A DNA stretch of 64,000 nt from an uncultured Acidobacteriota bacterium (GTDB lineage: Bacteria; Acidobacteriota; Terriglobia; Acidiferrales; UBA7541): NCBI GenBank assembly GCA_963824405.1, contig CAWGPK010000007.1, positions 92,176 through 156,175 on the forward strand, given 5' to 3'. The position numbers were made by a program, and so were the translations under genes. Positions within the stretch are counted from its first letter, which is position 1. Every line of letters begins with the position of its first letter. Positions 9,361 through 18,868 of the stretch are shown here, in pieces. Under the pieces are notes generated by a model that worked only from the letters and a program-made list of their open reading frames with translations, searched no databases and was not told the origin of the DNA.

Positions 9361-9405
9361 GCTGATGTTGCGGGCGGCTTTTTTTGATCTTATGGGCCAA
9401 CGTTA
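9361..9405 (-). repeat. Degenerate duplicate of the gcvPB 5' end
   Basis: GCTGATGTTGCGGGCGGCTTTTTTTGATCTT at 9361-9391 matches 9167-9196 except for one extra T. The flanking CAACG..ATTC is also similar. Confidence 0.8.
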
Positions 9406-9430
9406 TTCGTGAGCCTTTCTTTCAAAGCTA

Positions 9431-10777
9431 CTAAACCGGGACGGCGAGCGTGTCGCGGACGGCGCAGGCCAGCCGTTCGATCTCCTCGCGCGTGGTCGTC
9501 TCGGTAACGCAAACCAGGCCGCACTTCGTCAACTCGGGATAATAAGGACCGAGGGGCAACGGGCCGATGATTTTGTCGCGCAGCAACTGCGCGTTGATCA
9601 TGCGCATGGAGCGCGGAAACTGCACGGCAAACTCGTTGAAGACGGGTCCGCGAAACACGCGGTGCACGCCCGGCAATTTTTCCAGTTCGGCGAGGGCGAA
9701 CTGGGCCTTGGCGATATTTTGCGCGGCCAACTCCTGCAGGCCTTGCTTGCCCAGCAGGCAAAGATGAACGGTGGCGGCCAGCGCGCAAAGCGCCTGGTTG
9801 GTGCAGATATTTGAGGTGGCGCGTTCGCGGCGGATGTGCTGCTCGCGAGTGGCCAGCGTGAGGCAGAAGCCGCGACGGCCCTGGCTATCGGTGGTCTCTC
9901 CGGCAAGCCGGCCGGGCAACTGGCGGATGTATTTCTCCCGCGCGGCGATTACTCCGGCGTAAGGTCCGCCGAAGCTTGGAGCCATGCCGAAGCTCTGCGT
10001 TTCGAGGGCCACGATATCGGCCTCCGCGGGAGGCCGCACGGCGCCCAAGGAGACTCCCTCGGCAATGGACACTACGGTCAAAGCTTCCGCGCTGCGCGCG
10101 ATTTGCGCAATCTGCGGCACCGGTTCGAGCACGCCGAAAAAATTGGGAGACTGCACCAGCACGGCGGCGGTTTCGTTGTTCATGGCGGCGGCGAGCGCCT
10201 GGAGATCGATCTGGCCTGACGCGGTGTAGCCGATCTCCTCGAAGCTCATATCCAGATTGCGGGCGTAGGTGTCCAGGACCTGGCGGTACTCGGGATGCAC
10301 GGAACGCGCCACCAGCACGCGGCGGCGGCGCGTGATGCGCTCGGCCATGAGCACGGCCTCGGTGGTCGCGGTCGAGCCATCCCACATCGAAGCGTTGGCC
10401 ACTTCCTGCCCGGTAAGCTCGCAGGCGAGGGTCTGAAATTCGAAGATGGCTTGCAGCGTGCCCTGGCTGATCTCTGCTTGATAAGGCGTATAGGAGGTGA
10501 GGAATTCGCCGCGCAGCAGGATCGTGTCCGTAACCACCGAGCGCAGGTGGTTATAGACGCCGGCGCCGAGGAAGCTGGTGTAGCCGAGGGAGTTTTCGGC
10601 GGCGCGCTCGCGGAAATAGCGGATCAGCTCGGCTTCGGACATTGGCCCGGGCAAGTCGAGGTCGCGATCGAGCCGAAACTCCTCGGGTATGGAGCCAAAC
10701 AGATCGCGGATGGAACGCGCGCCGATGGCGTCGAGCATCTGGCGGCGCTCGGAAGGGCTCTTCGGGAGATAGCGCAC
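9431..10777 (-). CDS. gcvPA: Glycine dehydrogenase (decarboxylating) subunit 1
   Basis: 448 aa, [27 protein letters not shown]...; full-length GcvPA-like sequence. Confidence 0.95.
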   Translation of the reverse strand: MRYLPKSPSERRQMLDAIGARSIRDLFGSIPEEFRLDRDLDLPGPMSEAELIRYFRERAAENSLGYTSFLGAGVYNHLRSVVTDTILLRGEFLTSYTPYQAEISQGTLQAIFEFQTLACELTGQEVANASMWDGSTATTEAVLMAERITRRRRVLVARSVHPEYRQVLDTYARNLDMSFEEIGYTASGQIDLQALAAAMNNETAAVLVQSPNFFGVLEPVPQIAQIARSAEALTVVSIAEGVSLGAVRPPAEADIVALETQSFGMAPSFGGPYAGVIAAREKYIRQLPGRLAGETTDSQGRRGFCLTLATREQHIRRERATSNICTNQALCALAATVHLCLLGKQGLQELAAQNIAKAQFALAELEKLPGVHRVFRGPVFNEFAVQFPRSMRMINAQLLRDKIIGPLPLGPYYPELTKCGLVCVTETTTREEIERLACAVRDTLAVPV

Positions 10778-11034
10778 TAGGAGTTGATCCTAACTTGGAG
10801 CAATTTGGCGCCCGGGAGCCCCAAAATAGGGACAGAGTAGGGACACGATAGCAAGCTCATCGGAATTCGGGATCATAGCAGGATTTTTTCAGCGCTGCCA
10901 GCGGAGGAAAAGTACGGTAGTGGGTCAGTTTCCGATATGGTGACTTATCAAGACTTGGCCCAATGCCGTGATATAAGAATCCCCTCGTTTCCCTTTATAG
11001 TCGCTCGGCTCAGGCGAAGGGAGTTGAATAACGG

Positions 11035-11532
11035 ATGAGTGTTCCAGCCGACAACGCGGAAGCGGCAAAGCGTTTTGGCCTGATTGCTCAACGATTCTGT
11101 GCTCTTGTGGACTCGGTGCCACGGCTGGACAGAAAGGAGCTACTTTTCCAGCTTTATCGAATCCTTCCCCAACTGATTAGCGAAGCCACCGGTCTGCCAG
11201 ATGTGGAATTAGCCGACGACGTGGCATCCTCCAAGTCCCGACTGAGCCATGAACAGTGGACACAACTTTACGACCGTCTCAAAGAGACTCTTGGAGATTG
11301 GGATTTGTACTGGCAGGTATTCGACCCCACGAAAGACAGCGAAGCCATCTACGGATCTTTGGCAGATGACATCGCCGACATTTACAGGGACCTGAAAGAG
11401 GGTCTCGATGACATCCATCTCGCACGAGCGGAGGATATTATTTGGGAATGGCGGCTCGGGTTTTCCTCTCATTGGGGGAAGCATGCCATAGATGCGCTGC
11501 GTACGATTCACTTCAGGCTAGGCGCATATTAG
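11035..11532 (+). CDS. DUF5063-like hypothetical protein
   Basis: 165 aa. ...YGSLADDIADIYRDLKEGL...WEWRLGFSSHWGKHAIDALRTIH resembles DUF5063 as I recall it. Opposite strand to the gcv genes and visibly AT-richer. Confidence 0.55.
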   Translation: MSVPADNAEAAKRFGLIAQRFCALVDSVPRLDRKELLFQLYRILPQLISEATGLPDVELADDVASSKSRLSHEQWTQLYDRLKETLGDWDLYWQVFDPTKDSEAIYGSLADDIADIYRDLKEGLDDIHLARAEDIIWEWRLGFSSHWGKHAIDALRTIHFRLGAY

Positions 11533-11636
11533 GAAATCCTTGCAGGAATTTGCCTCGAATCCCTGTCATGCATCTCGAATTATTCTTCACTCCTGTGGCC
11601 AAGCTCTGAGAAACGGCGTTCTCGGAGACTGGGATT

Positions 11637-12035
11637 TCAGGCAGAGGCTTCCTTTTGCTTTTCGGCGATGAAAGCCTCGTAGGCCGCGGCGGTCATGAGC
11701 TTGGTGACTTCGGAGGGATCGGAGAGCTTGAGCTTGATGAGCCAGCCGGCGCCGTGGGGATCCTTATTGATTGTTTCGGGCGCGTCGCCGAGCGCGGCAT
11801 TCACTTCGGTGACTGCGCCGCCGACGGGCGCGTAGATATCGCTTACGGCCTTGACCGACTCCACGGTGCCGAAGGATTGCCCGGCGTTGAGCTTGGTGCC
11901 AGGCTTGGGCATCTCGGCGTAGACGACGTCGCCGAGTTCGTGCTGGGCGTAGTCGGTGATTCCCACGGTGGCCACGTCGCCTTCGACGCGCACCCACTCG
12001 TGTTCTTTGGTGTAACGGTAGTCGCTCGGATACAT
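11637..12035 (-). CDS. gcvH: Glycine cleavage system H protein
   Basis: 132 aa with lipoyl-lysine motif GTVESVKAVSD. Confidence 0.95.
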   Translation of the reverse strand: MYPSDYRYTKEHEWVRVEGDVATVGITDYAQHELGDVVYAEMPKPGTKLNAGQSFGTVESVKAVSDIYAPVGGAVTEVNAALGDAPETINKDPHGAGWLIKLKLSDPSEVTKLMTAAAYEAFIAEKQKEASA

Positions 12036-12059
12036 CGATTGGTCTCTTCTCCCGTGCCG

Positions 12060-13187
12060 CTATCGCGGCCGCCTATAAAACGGCAATGGCACGATCCTGG
12101 CGATGGCTTCCTGGGCGCGAACGCCGATGCGAATTTCGGTTCCCGGAGCGCTCGATTCTACAGGGATATAAGCCATGCCGATATTTTTTTTGAGAAAGGG
12201 AGCGGGCGAGCCGCTGGTGACGTTGCCGATCTTTACCGCAGCGGCGTGGCAGTCGCTGGAAAGCACGGGATAGCCGTCGCGCGCGATCAGCCGATCCCGC
12301 ATCTCGAAGCCGGCGAGAATCCGCCGGACGCCCTTCTCTCTTTGCGCCACTAAGGCATCGCGGCCCAGAAAATTGCCTTTGCCCAGCTTGCAAATCCAGC
12401 CCAGATTCGCTTCCCAGACCGTCGTCGTGTCGTCAATTTCGTGGCCGTAAAGGCACATGGCCGCTTCCAGGCGCAGCGTATTGCGGGCGCCCAGGCCGCA
12501 GGGCAAAAGACCCTCGGGCGAGCCCGCGTCGAGCAAGGCGTTCCACAGCTTTTCGGAATGTTCGGGCGCAAAGTAGATTTCGAATCCGTCCTCGCCCGTG
12601 TAACCGGTGCGGGCGATCAGGGCGTAGACGCCATCAACCTCGCCAAAAAGAAAATGGTAATACTTGAGGGCGGCGATCGGGGCGCGCGTGAAGCGCTGAA
12701 GTATGCCCAGCGCTTTGGGTCCTTGAATGGCCAGCTGCGAATAGCGCTCTCCGGCGTTTTCCACCTGCGCGCTGAAGCCGCGGCCCAGGCCGCGGATATA
12801 GTCGAAGTCCTGATCCTGATTACTGGCGTTCACGCACAGAAAATAGTGCTGGCGGGAAATTTTGTGCACCAGCAGGTCGTCCACGAAGGTGCCGGCGGAG
12901 GTCATCAGGCCGGAGTACTGCGCCTGGCCCTCGGCAAGCTTGGCGGCGTCGTTGCAGGTGACGTACTGCGCCAGATCGAGCGCCTGCGCGCCGCGCAACT
13001 CGATTTCGCCCATGTGGCTGACGTCGAAAAGGCCGGCAGCCGTGCGGGTGGCCAGATGTTCGCTGACGATTCCGGAGTATTCGACGGGCATATCCCAGCC
13101 GCCAAAGTTGACCATCTTGGCGCCCAGGCGTCGATGCACGGAGTTGAGAGCGGTCTTGCGCAGCTGCGTGCTGGTGGCTTCGATCAC
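12060..13187 (-). CDS. gcvT: Aminomethyltransferase (glycine cleavage T protein)
   Basis: 375 aa, ...GGWDMPVEYSGIVSEHLATRTAAGLFDVSHMGEIELRG... Confidence 0.95.
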   Translation of the reverse strand: MIEATSTQLRKTALNSVHRRLGAKMVNFGGWDMPVEYSGIVSEHLATRTAAGLFDVSHMGEIELRGAQALDLAQYVTCNDAAKLAEGQAQYSGLMTSAGTFVDDLLVHKISRQHYFLCVNASNQDQDFDYIRGLGRGFSAQVENAGERYSQLAIQGPKALGILQRFTRAPIAALKYYHFLFGEVDGVYALIARTGYTGEDGFEIYFAPEHSEKLWNALLDAGSPEGLLPCGLGARNTLRLEAAMCLYGHEIDDTTTVWEANLGWICKLGKGNFLGRDALVAQREKGVRRILAGFEMRDRLIARDGYPVLSSDCHAAAVKIGNVTSGSPAPFLKKNIGMAYIPVESSAPGTEIRIGVRAQEAIARIVPLPFYRRPR

Positions 13188-13457
13188 GAGTGACCCGAAA
13201 TCAGGCGAATGATCGAAGCTAACACGCGCGCGCGAACCCCGTCAAGAAAAGCGCAAGATGGCAGGGTCAGTTTCCTCTAACGGCTGGGGGCTCACATTAC
13301 TTCCGGTTCGTCCGTCATCGATTAAAAATGGTGAAGGCCTTCCACTCCAGTCGAAATCGCAGCGGATTTCGTGAGGCAGTAGAATGGACCACTTCTCGCC
13401 CGTCATGTGAATAGGCGCCCGCAAAGGCGACGAGAGCTGCGCCAAAGGAGAACACCG

Positions 13458-13832
13458 ATGGAGTTTGCCCTGATGATCTATCACACGCCCGAAGAGTTCG
13501 ACATGCGGAAGAACGACTATAGCGATTCTCATCTGGGCGCCTGGCGGGCTTACTACAAGGCGCTGGTCGAGGCCGGAGTCTATGTCGGGGCCAATGCGCT
13601 GGAAGTGCCCGAGGCAGGAACTACGGTGCGCGTCAAGGAAGGAAAGCGCCGCGTCCAGGATGGCCCCTACGCTGACACCAAGGAGCAGCTCGCAGGATTC
13701 ATTATCCTGGAACTTCCTTCCGTTGACGCCGCCCTCGAATGGGCTGCGCGATGCCCGGGAGCAGCGCGCGGAGCGGTGGAGATCCGCCCGCTGGCGCCGG
13801 AAGCGATGCGGCGAGGGTTCACGGGTGAATGA
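13458..13832 (+). CDS. YciI-like (DGPF) family protein
   Basis: MEFALMIYHTPEEF...VQDGPYADTKEQLAGFIILE. ATG at 13458 inside track ORF 13407..13832. Confidence 0.8.
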   Translation: MEFALMIYHTPEEFDMRKNDYSDSHLGAWRAYYKALVEAGVYVGANALEVPEAGTTVRVKEGKRRVQDGPYADTKEQLAGFIILELPSVDAALEWAARCPGAARGAVEIRPLAPEAMRRGFTGE

Positions 13833-15057
13833 AGGCGTTCAGGAGGATACCCACCGGACGATGGAGCGCGTGGCGCGCGAATCCTACGGCCGGCTGGTGG
13901 CCTATCTTTCCGTGCACACGCACGACTTAGCCAGCGCTGAAGACGCTCTCAGCAACGCGTTGGTGTCGGCGCTCAACCATTGGCCGCAGGATGGCGTGCC
14001 GAAAAACCCCGAGGCGTGGCTGTTGACAGCGGCGCGCCATTCGCTGATTGACGTGATTCGTCACCAGAAGGTGGTATTGGAAAGTGAGCCAACGCTGAAG
14101 TTTCTCACCGAGGAGTCCAGCGAGACTACCTTATCGCCCCACTTTCCAGATGAACGGCTCAAGTTGCTCTTCGTGTGTGCTCACCCGGCGATCGACCCCA
14201 GCATGCACACGCCGCTGATGCTGCAAACAGTATTGGGCCTGGATGCGGCACGCATTGCGCAAGCCTTCCTTATCGCACCGAAAACAATGGGCCAGCGCCT
14301 GTTCCGCGCGAAGACCAAGATCCGCAGCGGCGGGATTCCGTTTGAAATCCCGCAAGAGCGCGACTTGCCGGAGCGCCTGGATGCCGTGCTGGAAGCAATT
14401 TACGCCGCTTTCGGAATCGGCTGGGACGACATGGCAGGCGCCGACCAGCGCGGACGCGACCTGGCCGAGGAATCGTTGTGGCTCGCGCGGGTCCTTTTGC
14501 AGCTCATGCCCGGCGAAGCCGAGGTCCAAGGCCTGTTAGCTCTCATGCTGCACTGCGAAGCGCGACGCTCCGCGCGAAGAGGGCCCGATGGCCGCTACGT
14601 TCCCCTCTCCGAACAAAATCCAAAGCAGTGGTCGCTTCCCTTAATAGAAGAGGCGGAAGGTCATTTGGCCGAGGCTTTTAAGCGCGGCCGCATCGGGCGA
14701 TTTCAGCTCGAGGCCGCCATTCAGTCCGTACATGCCGAGCGTGCGCGCAGCGGCCGGACCGACTGGGCGGCGATCATGCGGTTCTACGAACAACTGCTCA
14801 CGATATCGCCGGCACTGGGCACTCGAGCGGGATACGCCGCCGCAGTTGCAGAAGCGAACGGACCGGAAGCGGGACTCGCGATTCTGGACGCGATGGCTCT
14901 GGGCGATGTTTCCGGCTACCAACCTTATTGGGCCGTGCGCGCTCACCTCCTGCAGCAACTCGGGAAGAGGCGTGAAGCTGCGGACGCCTACGACCGCGCG
15001 ATCGGCTTGGCAGAAGAACCCGCCGTGAGAGAGTTTCTCCTCCAGAAGCGCGGCTAG
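13825..15057 (+). CDS. ECF-type RNA polymerase sigma factor with C-terminal TPR-like extension (COG4941-like)
   Basis: GTG 13825 overlaps the YciI-like stop; an alternative ATG is at 13861. ...RESYGRLVAYL...EAWLLTAARHSLIDVIRHQK... The YciI-sigma pairing is a known arrangement. Confidence 0.8.
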   Translation: MNEGVQEDTHRTMERVARESYGRLVAYLSVHTHDLASAEDALSNALVSALNHWPQDGVPKNPEAWLLTAARHSLIDVIRHQKVVLESEPTLKFLTEESSETTLSPHFPDERLKLLFVCAHPAIDPSMHTPLMLQTVLGLDAARIAQAFLIAPKTMGQRLFRAKTKIRSGGIPFEIPQERDLPERLDAVLEAIYAAFGIGWDDMAGADQRGRDLAEESLWLARVLLQLMPGEAEVQGLLALMLHCEARRSARRGPDGRYVPLSEQNPKQWSLPLIEEAEGHLAEAFKRGRIGRFQLEAAIQSVHAERARSGRTDWAAIMRFYEQLLTISPALGTRAGYAAAVAEANGPEAGLAILDAMALGDVSGYQPYWAVRAHLLQQLGKRREAADAYDRAIGLAEEPAVREFLLQKRG

Positions 15058-15311
15058 TTGTTCCCCCATTTTGAATCAAGAAAGTTTACGGCTGCGCTTC
15101 AGGAAGTGGCAAAAGCACTCCTCAGGCTAGCTACGATGCTGAGACAACGCTCCCATTATCAGTTAGTTGCGAGCCCTTTGAGATAGCTGTCTCTTTTTGC
15201 CAAAAAAACGCACGACAGCATCCTGCGATGTAGAAATGGCCTCACCGCAGCCGTCATCCATACAGAGGCGGCTTAGCGGTCACGCTTCGCCACCGGACAG
15301 GAGGTGATGCG

Positions 15312-15485
15312 ATGTGCCCGGTTTGTTTAGCAAGTATGGGGATGATTGTTGCCGGCGTAACGTCCGCCGGAGGGCTGACGGCACTCGCCGTGAAATTGTC
15401 CTTCAAGAGAAAGGACGTAAGAGAGATGCCTAGCTCAAACTCAAACGAAAGGAGCAGCGAAGATGTCAACCAGAACAGTCGATAG
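15312..15485 (+). CDS. Small single-TM protein (57 aa, below the ORF-track cutoff)
   Basis: GGAGGTGA RBS then ATG 15312. MCPVCLASMGMIVAGVTSAGGLTALAVKLSFKRKD... Overlaps the DUF899 start. Confidence 0.35.
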   Translation: MCPVCLASMGMIVAGVTSAGGLTALAVKLSFKRKDVREMPSSNSNERSSEDVNQNSR

Positions 15486-15729
15486 CCCCAAGGTGGTCTC
15501 GCGAGAGGAATGGATCGAGGCGCGCAAAAAACTGCTGGCCCACGAAAAGCAGCTCACCCGCGAGCGTGATGCCGTCGCGGCAGAGCGTCGCCGGCTACCC
15601 TGGGTGAAGGTCGAAAAGAATTACGTTTTCGATTCCCCCAGCGGCAAGAAAACGCTCTCCGATCTCTTCAACGGCAAAAGCCAGCTCATCGTGTATCACC
15701 TGATGTTCGGCCCAGAGTGGCAAGAAGCC
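15463..15729 (+). pseudogene. DUF899 thioredoxin-like protein, N-terminal fragment (interrupted by IS)
   Basis: ...LIVYHLMFGPEWQEA then runs into the IS left end. Confidence 0.85.
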
Positions 15730-15798
15730 TGTATTGCTCCCCGCTAAAACTGGACAGCCTACCTAGGTAGAATCAGGGCCTCCAAAACAGGAGGCACC

Positions 15799-16086
15799 AT
15801 GGGCAGGAGACCACGCGTAGATCGATCCCCCGAAGAGAAGTGGCAGATCGTACAGGAAGGAATCAAGAGCGGGAACGTTTCGGAGACGTGCCGGCGACAT
15901 GGCATTTCACCATCACTGTTGTATCGATGGAGAGACGAAGCGGAGGCGGGAGCAAAGGCAGCGCTTGGGGGGAAAAGCGCTGCCGCGGGCGAAACCGAGA
16001 AGGACCAGCGCATCCGGCAGCTGGAACGGACGCTGGGACGGAAATCTCTAGAGATTGAAATCCTAAAAAACGTCGTGGGGGAGTGA
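15799..16086 (+). CDS. IS3 transposase OrfA (HTH)
   Basis: MGRRPRVDRSPEEKWQIVQEGIKSGNVSETCRRHGISPSLLYRWRDE... followed by a leucine-zipper-like tail. Confidence 0.9.
   Translation: MGRRPRVDRSPEEKWQIVQEGIKSGNVSETCRRHGISPSLLYRWRDEAEAGAKAALGGKSAAAGETEKDQRIRQLERTLGRKSLEIEILKNVVGE
16065..16071 (+). other. Slippery heptamer A_AAA_AAC for -1 programmed frameshifting (OrfA to OrfAB)
   Basis: In the orfA frame: CTA AAA AAC. orfB lies in the -1 frame and is open from this point. Confidence 0.7.
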
Positions 16087-16958
16087 GCTGCGGTGAGGTT
16101 CACTCCCAGGCGCGGGAACTGGTGGGGCAGGGATACACGGCCACGCTGGTGGCCACGACCCTGCTCATCAGCCGGTCCAGCCTGTACTACCGGAAGAAGC
16201 CACGAGGCAGCCGGGCCGATCGGACCTACGATGAACAGATCGTGGTCTCGTGTGGGGAGAAACTGGCCTACGGCTATCGGCGAGTCACTTGGTGGCTACA
16301 ACGGAAGAAAGGTCTCCCCGTGAATCGCAAGCGTGTATTGCGGGTAATGCGGGAACGCGGGTTGCTGGTGCGGCCTCGTCGTCTCCGTGCTCGTCGCAGG
16401 AAAGAATGGGGCCGCGTGGAAGCGAGCCGTCCGAACGAGATCTGGCAGTCGGACATGACCAAAGTCTGGGCCGGCCCGTCGGTGGGTTGGGCTTACCTGG
16501 TGAGCGTGATCGACTGCTGCACGCGAGAGATCGTAGGCTGGAATCTTTCCCATCGCTGCCGGACTGAAGATGCACTGAACGCCATCGAGCAAGCCGTGCT
16601 GCATCGGCTGCCCGCCGGCAGCCGCGAAGCCACATTGACGCTCACCACCGACAATGGCACCCAGTTCACCTCCTCCCGGTTCCTGGAAACCCTATCGCGG
16701 CTGGGCATCACCCACCGCCGCACGGCCTACCATCACCCGGAAGGTAACAGCTACATTGAACGGTTCCATCGCAGCTTGAAGGAAGAGGAAGTCTGGACTG
16801 CGGAGTATCGGAGCTTGGAAGAAGCTCGCGCCAGCATCGCCCGTTGGATCGAGGAGTACAATCATGACCGGCCTCATGGCGGGGTCAAAAATCGCACGCC
16901 GCATGAGGCCTTCTTGGATTTTGCGGTTGACCTAAAAAACGAGGCCCTGACTGTCTAA
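16083..16958 (+). CDS. IS3 transposase OrfB (DDE/rve integrase core)
   Basis: WQSDMTKVW (D), LTLTTDNGTQFTS (D), HHPEGNSYIERFHRSLKEE (E). In the -1 frame relative to orfA. Confidence 0.9.
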   Translation: MSCGEVHSQARELVGQGYTATLVATTLLISRSSLYYRKKPRGSRADRTYDEQIVVSCGEKLAYGYRRVTWWLQRKKGLPVNRKRVLRVMRERGLLVRPRRLRARRRKEWGRVEASRPNEIWQSDMTKVWAGPSVGWAYLVSVIDCCTREIVGWNLSHRCRTEDALNAIEQAVLHRLPAGSREATLTLTTDNGTQFTSSRFLETLSRLGITHRRTAYHHPEGNSYIERFHRSLKEEEVWTAEYRSLEEARASIARWIEEYNHDRPHGGVKNRTPHEAFLDFAVDLKNEALTV

Positions 16959-16977
16959 ATTAGCGGGGAGCAATACA

Positions 16978-17545
16978 AGCCTGCCCCAGCTGCTCTTTCA
17001 ATATGGACCACACGGACGGGGCGTTGGCGCACCTGGCGCAGCGCGACGTTTCCTTTGCGGGCGTTTCTCGTGCGCCCTGGCCCAAAATCGAAGCCTTCAA
17101 GAAGCGCATGGCATGGAAGTTCAACTGGGTTTCGTCTTACGAAAGCGATTTCAACTACGACTATCGCGTCTCCTTCACTCCGGAGCAATTGGCCAAGGGC
17201 AAGGTCGAATACAACTTTGAGCTCGTCGAATTGCCCCATGAGGAATGGCCCGGGATCACCGTCTTTTACAAGGACAAAGACGGCAACATCTTTCACACCT
17301 ATTCCGCGTATGCCCGCGGGACCGAAGGCACGATGAACGCCTACAACTATCTCGACTATGTTCCTAAAGGCCGCGACGAAGATGGCTTGCGCTTCACGAT
17401 GTCGTGGCTCCGCCATCACGATCGCTATGAGAGTGGAAAGCTGGAGGATGGCAATCTACCGTACTGGCCCGCGGACGCCGCTCGCCTGGACCACGAAATC
17501 GCGCCTGGTTCGAGTCCCAATCGAACAGTCGGCGCTGGCCAATAA
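16978..17545 (+). pseudogene. DUF899 thioredoxin-like protein, C-terminal fragment
   Basis: Continues as CPSCSFNMDHTDGALAHLAQRDVSFAGVSRAP...GITVFYKDKDGNIFHTYS... in frame with the N-fragment once the IS and one AGCC copy are removed. Confidence 0.85.
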
Positions 17546-17678
17546 GGCCAGGCAGACAGGTGTTCCTAATTGCGCCCGACGAGCAAGCACTGGCAAGGTG
17601 GGACGGTGCCGAACGCGAAAGGCGTGGGAGCAATGCAAGGTAGTCTCACCGAAAAGGCTTCGCAGGAGGCACGACGCT

Positions 17679-18014
17679 ATGGGGACAGCCAAGGGATCGA
17701 AAACGGTTCGCCTTATCTTCATCGGCAGGTGGACACCCAAGATTTTGTTTTCGCTGAAGGCAAGGCCTTACCGACACGGGCAGTTGCGGCGCCACCTGGG
17801 AAGTGTCTCCCAGCGAATGCTCACCAGGACGCTTCGCAATCTCGAATCCACGGGATTAATTGCCCGGCGTGTGACCAGATCGAGGAGCATCGCTGTCGAG
17901 TATTCGCTGACCCAAGAGGGAAGGACACTCATCGCCCCGCTAAAAGGAATGTGCCGCTGGTCGAGACGGCACGGCAGACAGGTGAGTGCGGAAGTACGCC
18001 TCAAAGAAGCTTAG
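17679..18014 (+). CDS. HxlR-family transcriptional regulator
   Basis: ATG 17679 inside track ORF 17358..18014. ...IGRWTPKILFSLKARPYRHGQLRRHLGSVSQRMLTRTLRNLESTGLIARR...VEYSLT. Confidence 0.75.
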   Translation: MGTAKGSKTVRLIFIGRWTPKILFSLKARPYRHGQLRRHLGSVSQRMLTRTLRNLESTGLIARRVTRSRSIAVEYSLTQEGRTLIAPLKGMCRWSRRHGRQVSAEVRLKEA

Positions 18015-18102
18015 GCGGGGATGCCGAATCGAAGTGCATATCCTCGGTCGCAGGGTCCCGTAGGAAGAGAGACAAGAGCGATTCAAGAAAAGGAGAACAA
18101 CC

Positions 18103-18831
18103 ATGAATATCACGAACAAGACAGTCTTAATCACCGGGGCCAATCGCGGTATCGGCAAAGCGCTTGTCGATGAGGCTCTTCGACGGGGCGCGAAAAAGAT
18201 ATATGGCGGAATGCGCACCCCCGTGCAGCATCCTGACAAACGTGTGATCCCTCTGACGTTGGACGTGACCAGCGCTGCGCAGATCCAACGGGCTGTCGAT
18301 GAGGTCGATGCGCTCGACGTGCTCATCAACAATGCCGGCGTAGCAATCTACGACGATTTGACCAATCTCCAGGTCATTGAACAGCATCTGGCGGTCAATT
18401 TCCTGGGTTTGCTCAAAGTGACGCAGGCATTCTTACCCCTTCTGAAACGTTCCAAAGGGGCCATCGTCAACAATCTGTCGTTGGCGGGACTTGCTCCCCT
18501 GCCCATCATACCTTCCTACTCCATTTCGAAGGCGGCGGCGTTCAACCTGACGCAATCGCTGAGAGCTCTCCTCGCAGGTGAAGGCGTGACGGTGCATGCG
18601 GTCGTCTTAGGCCCGGTCGATACCGACATGAACCGCGGCTTCAACATACCAAAAGCCTCGCCCGAATCCGCGGCAGGGAACATCTTCGCGGGACTGGAGA
18701 AAGACGAGGAAGACATTTTTCCCGATCCAGCGTCTCAATCCATCGCGGAGGGCTGGCGCAACGGCGTAGGCAAGGGGCTTGAGCGCCAGTGCTCGGCATT
18801 CGCGCCGAGGGGCGCGGCGAATGCGGGATGA
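18103..18831 (+). CDS. SDR-family oxidoreductase
   Basis: TGANRGIG cofactor motif and YSISK (YxxxK) catalytic motif. Confidence 0.9.
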   Translation: MNITNKTVLITGANRGIGKALVDEALRRGAKKIYGGMRTPVQHPDKRVIPLTLDVTSAAQIQRAVDEVDALDVLINNAGVAIYDDLTNLQVIEQHLAVNFLGLLKVTQAFLPLLKRSKGAIVNNLSLAGLAPLPIIPSYSISKAAAFNLTQSLRALLAGEGVTVHAVVLGPVDTDMNRGFNIPKASPESAAGNIFAGLEKDEEDIFPDPASQSIAEGWRNGVGKGLERQCSAFAPRGAANAG

Positions 18832-18868
18832 TTTAGCTGGTCCATCTGACGGAAGCGGAGGAGAGCGC

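Larger units (their letters stand above)
15730..16977 (+). mobile_element. IS3-family insertion sequence
   Basis: Terminal inverted repeats TGTATTGCTCCCCGCTAA (15730-15747) and its reverse complement (16960-16977). TG...CA ends. orfA/orfB arrangement with a -1 frameshift site. Flanking 4-bp direct repeat AGCC (15726-15729 and 16978-16981). Confidence 0.9.

Noticed and set aside
13188-13457. Glycine riboswitch upstream of gcvT
   Set aside because: I read the minus-strand leader looking for GGAGAG...CACCGAAGGGGCAA...CUCAGGCAAAAGGAC blocks. Only loose fragments appear (CTGGAGTGG, ACCGGAAGTAA). A possible TTGACG-N17-TTAGCT promoter (13207-13235) would also leave almost no leader. An Infernal scan with RF00504 would settle it.
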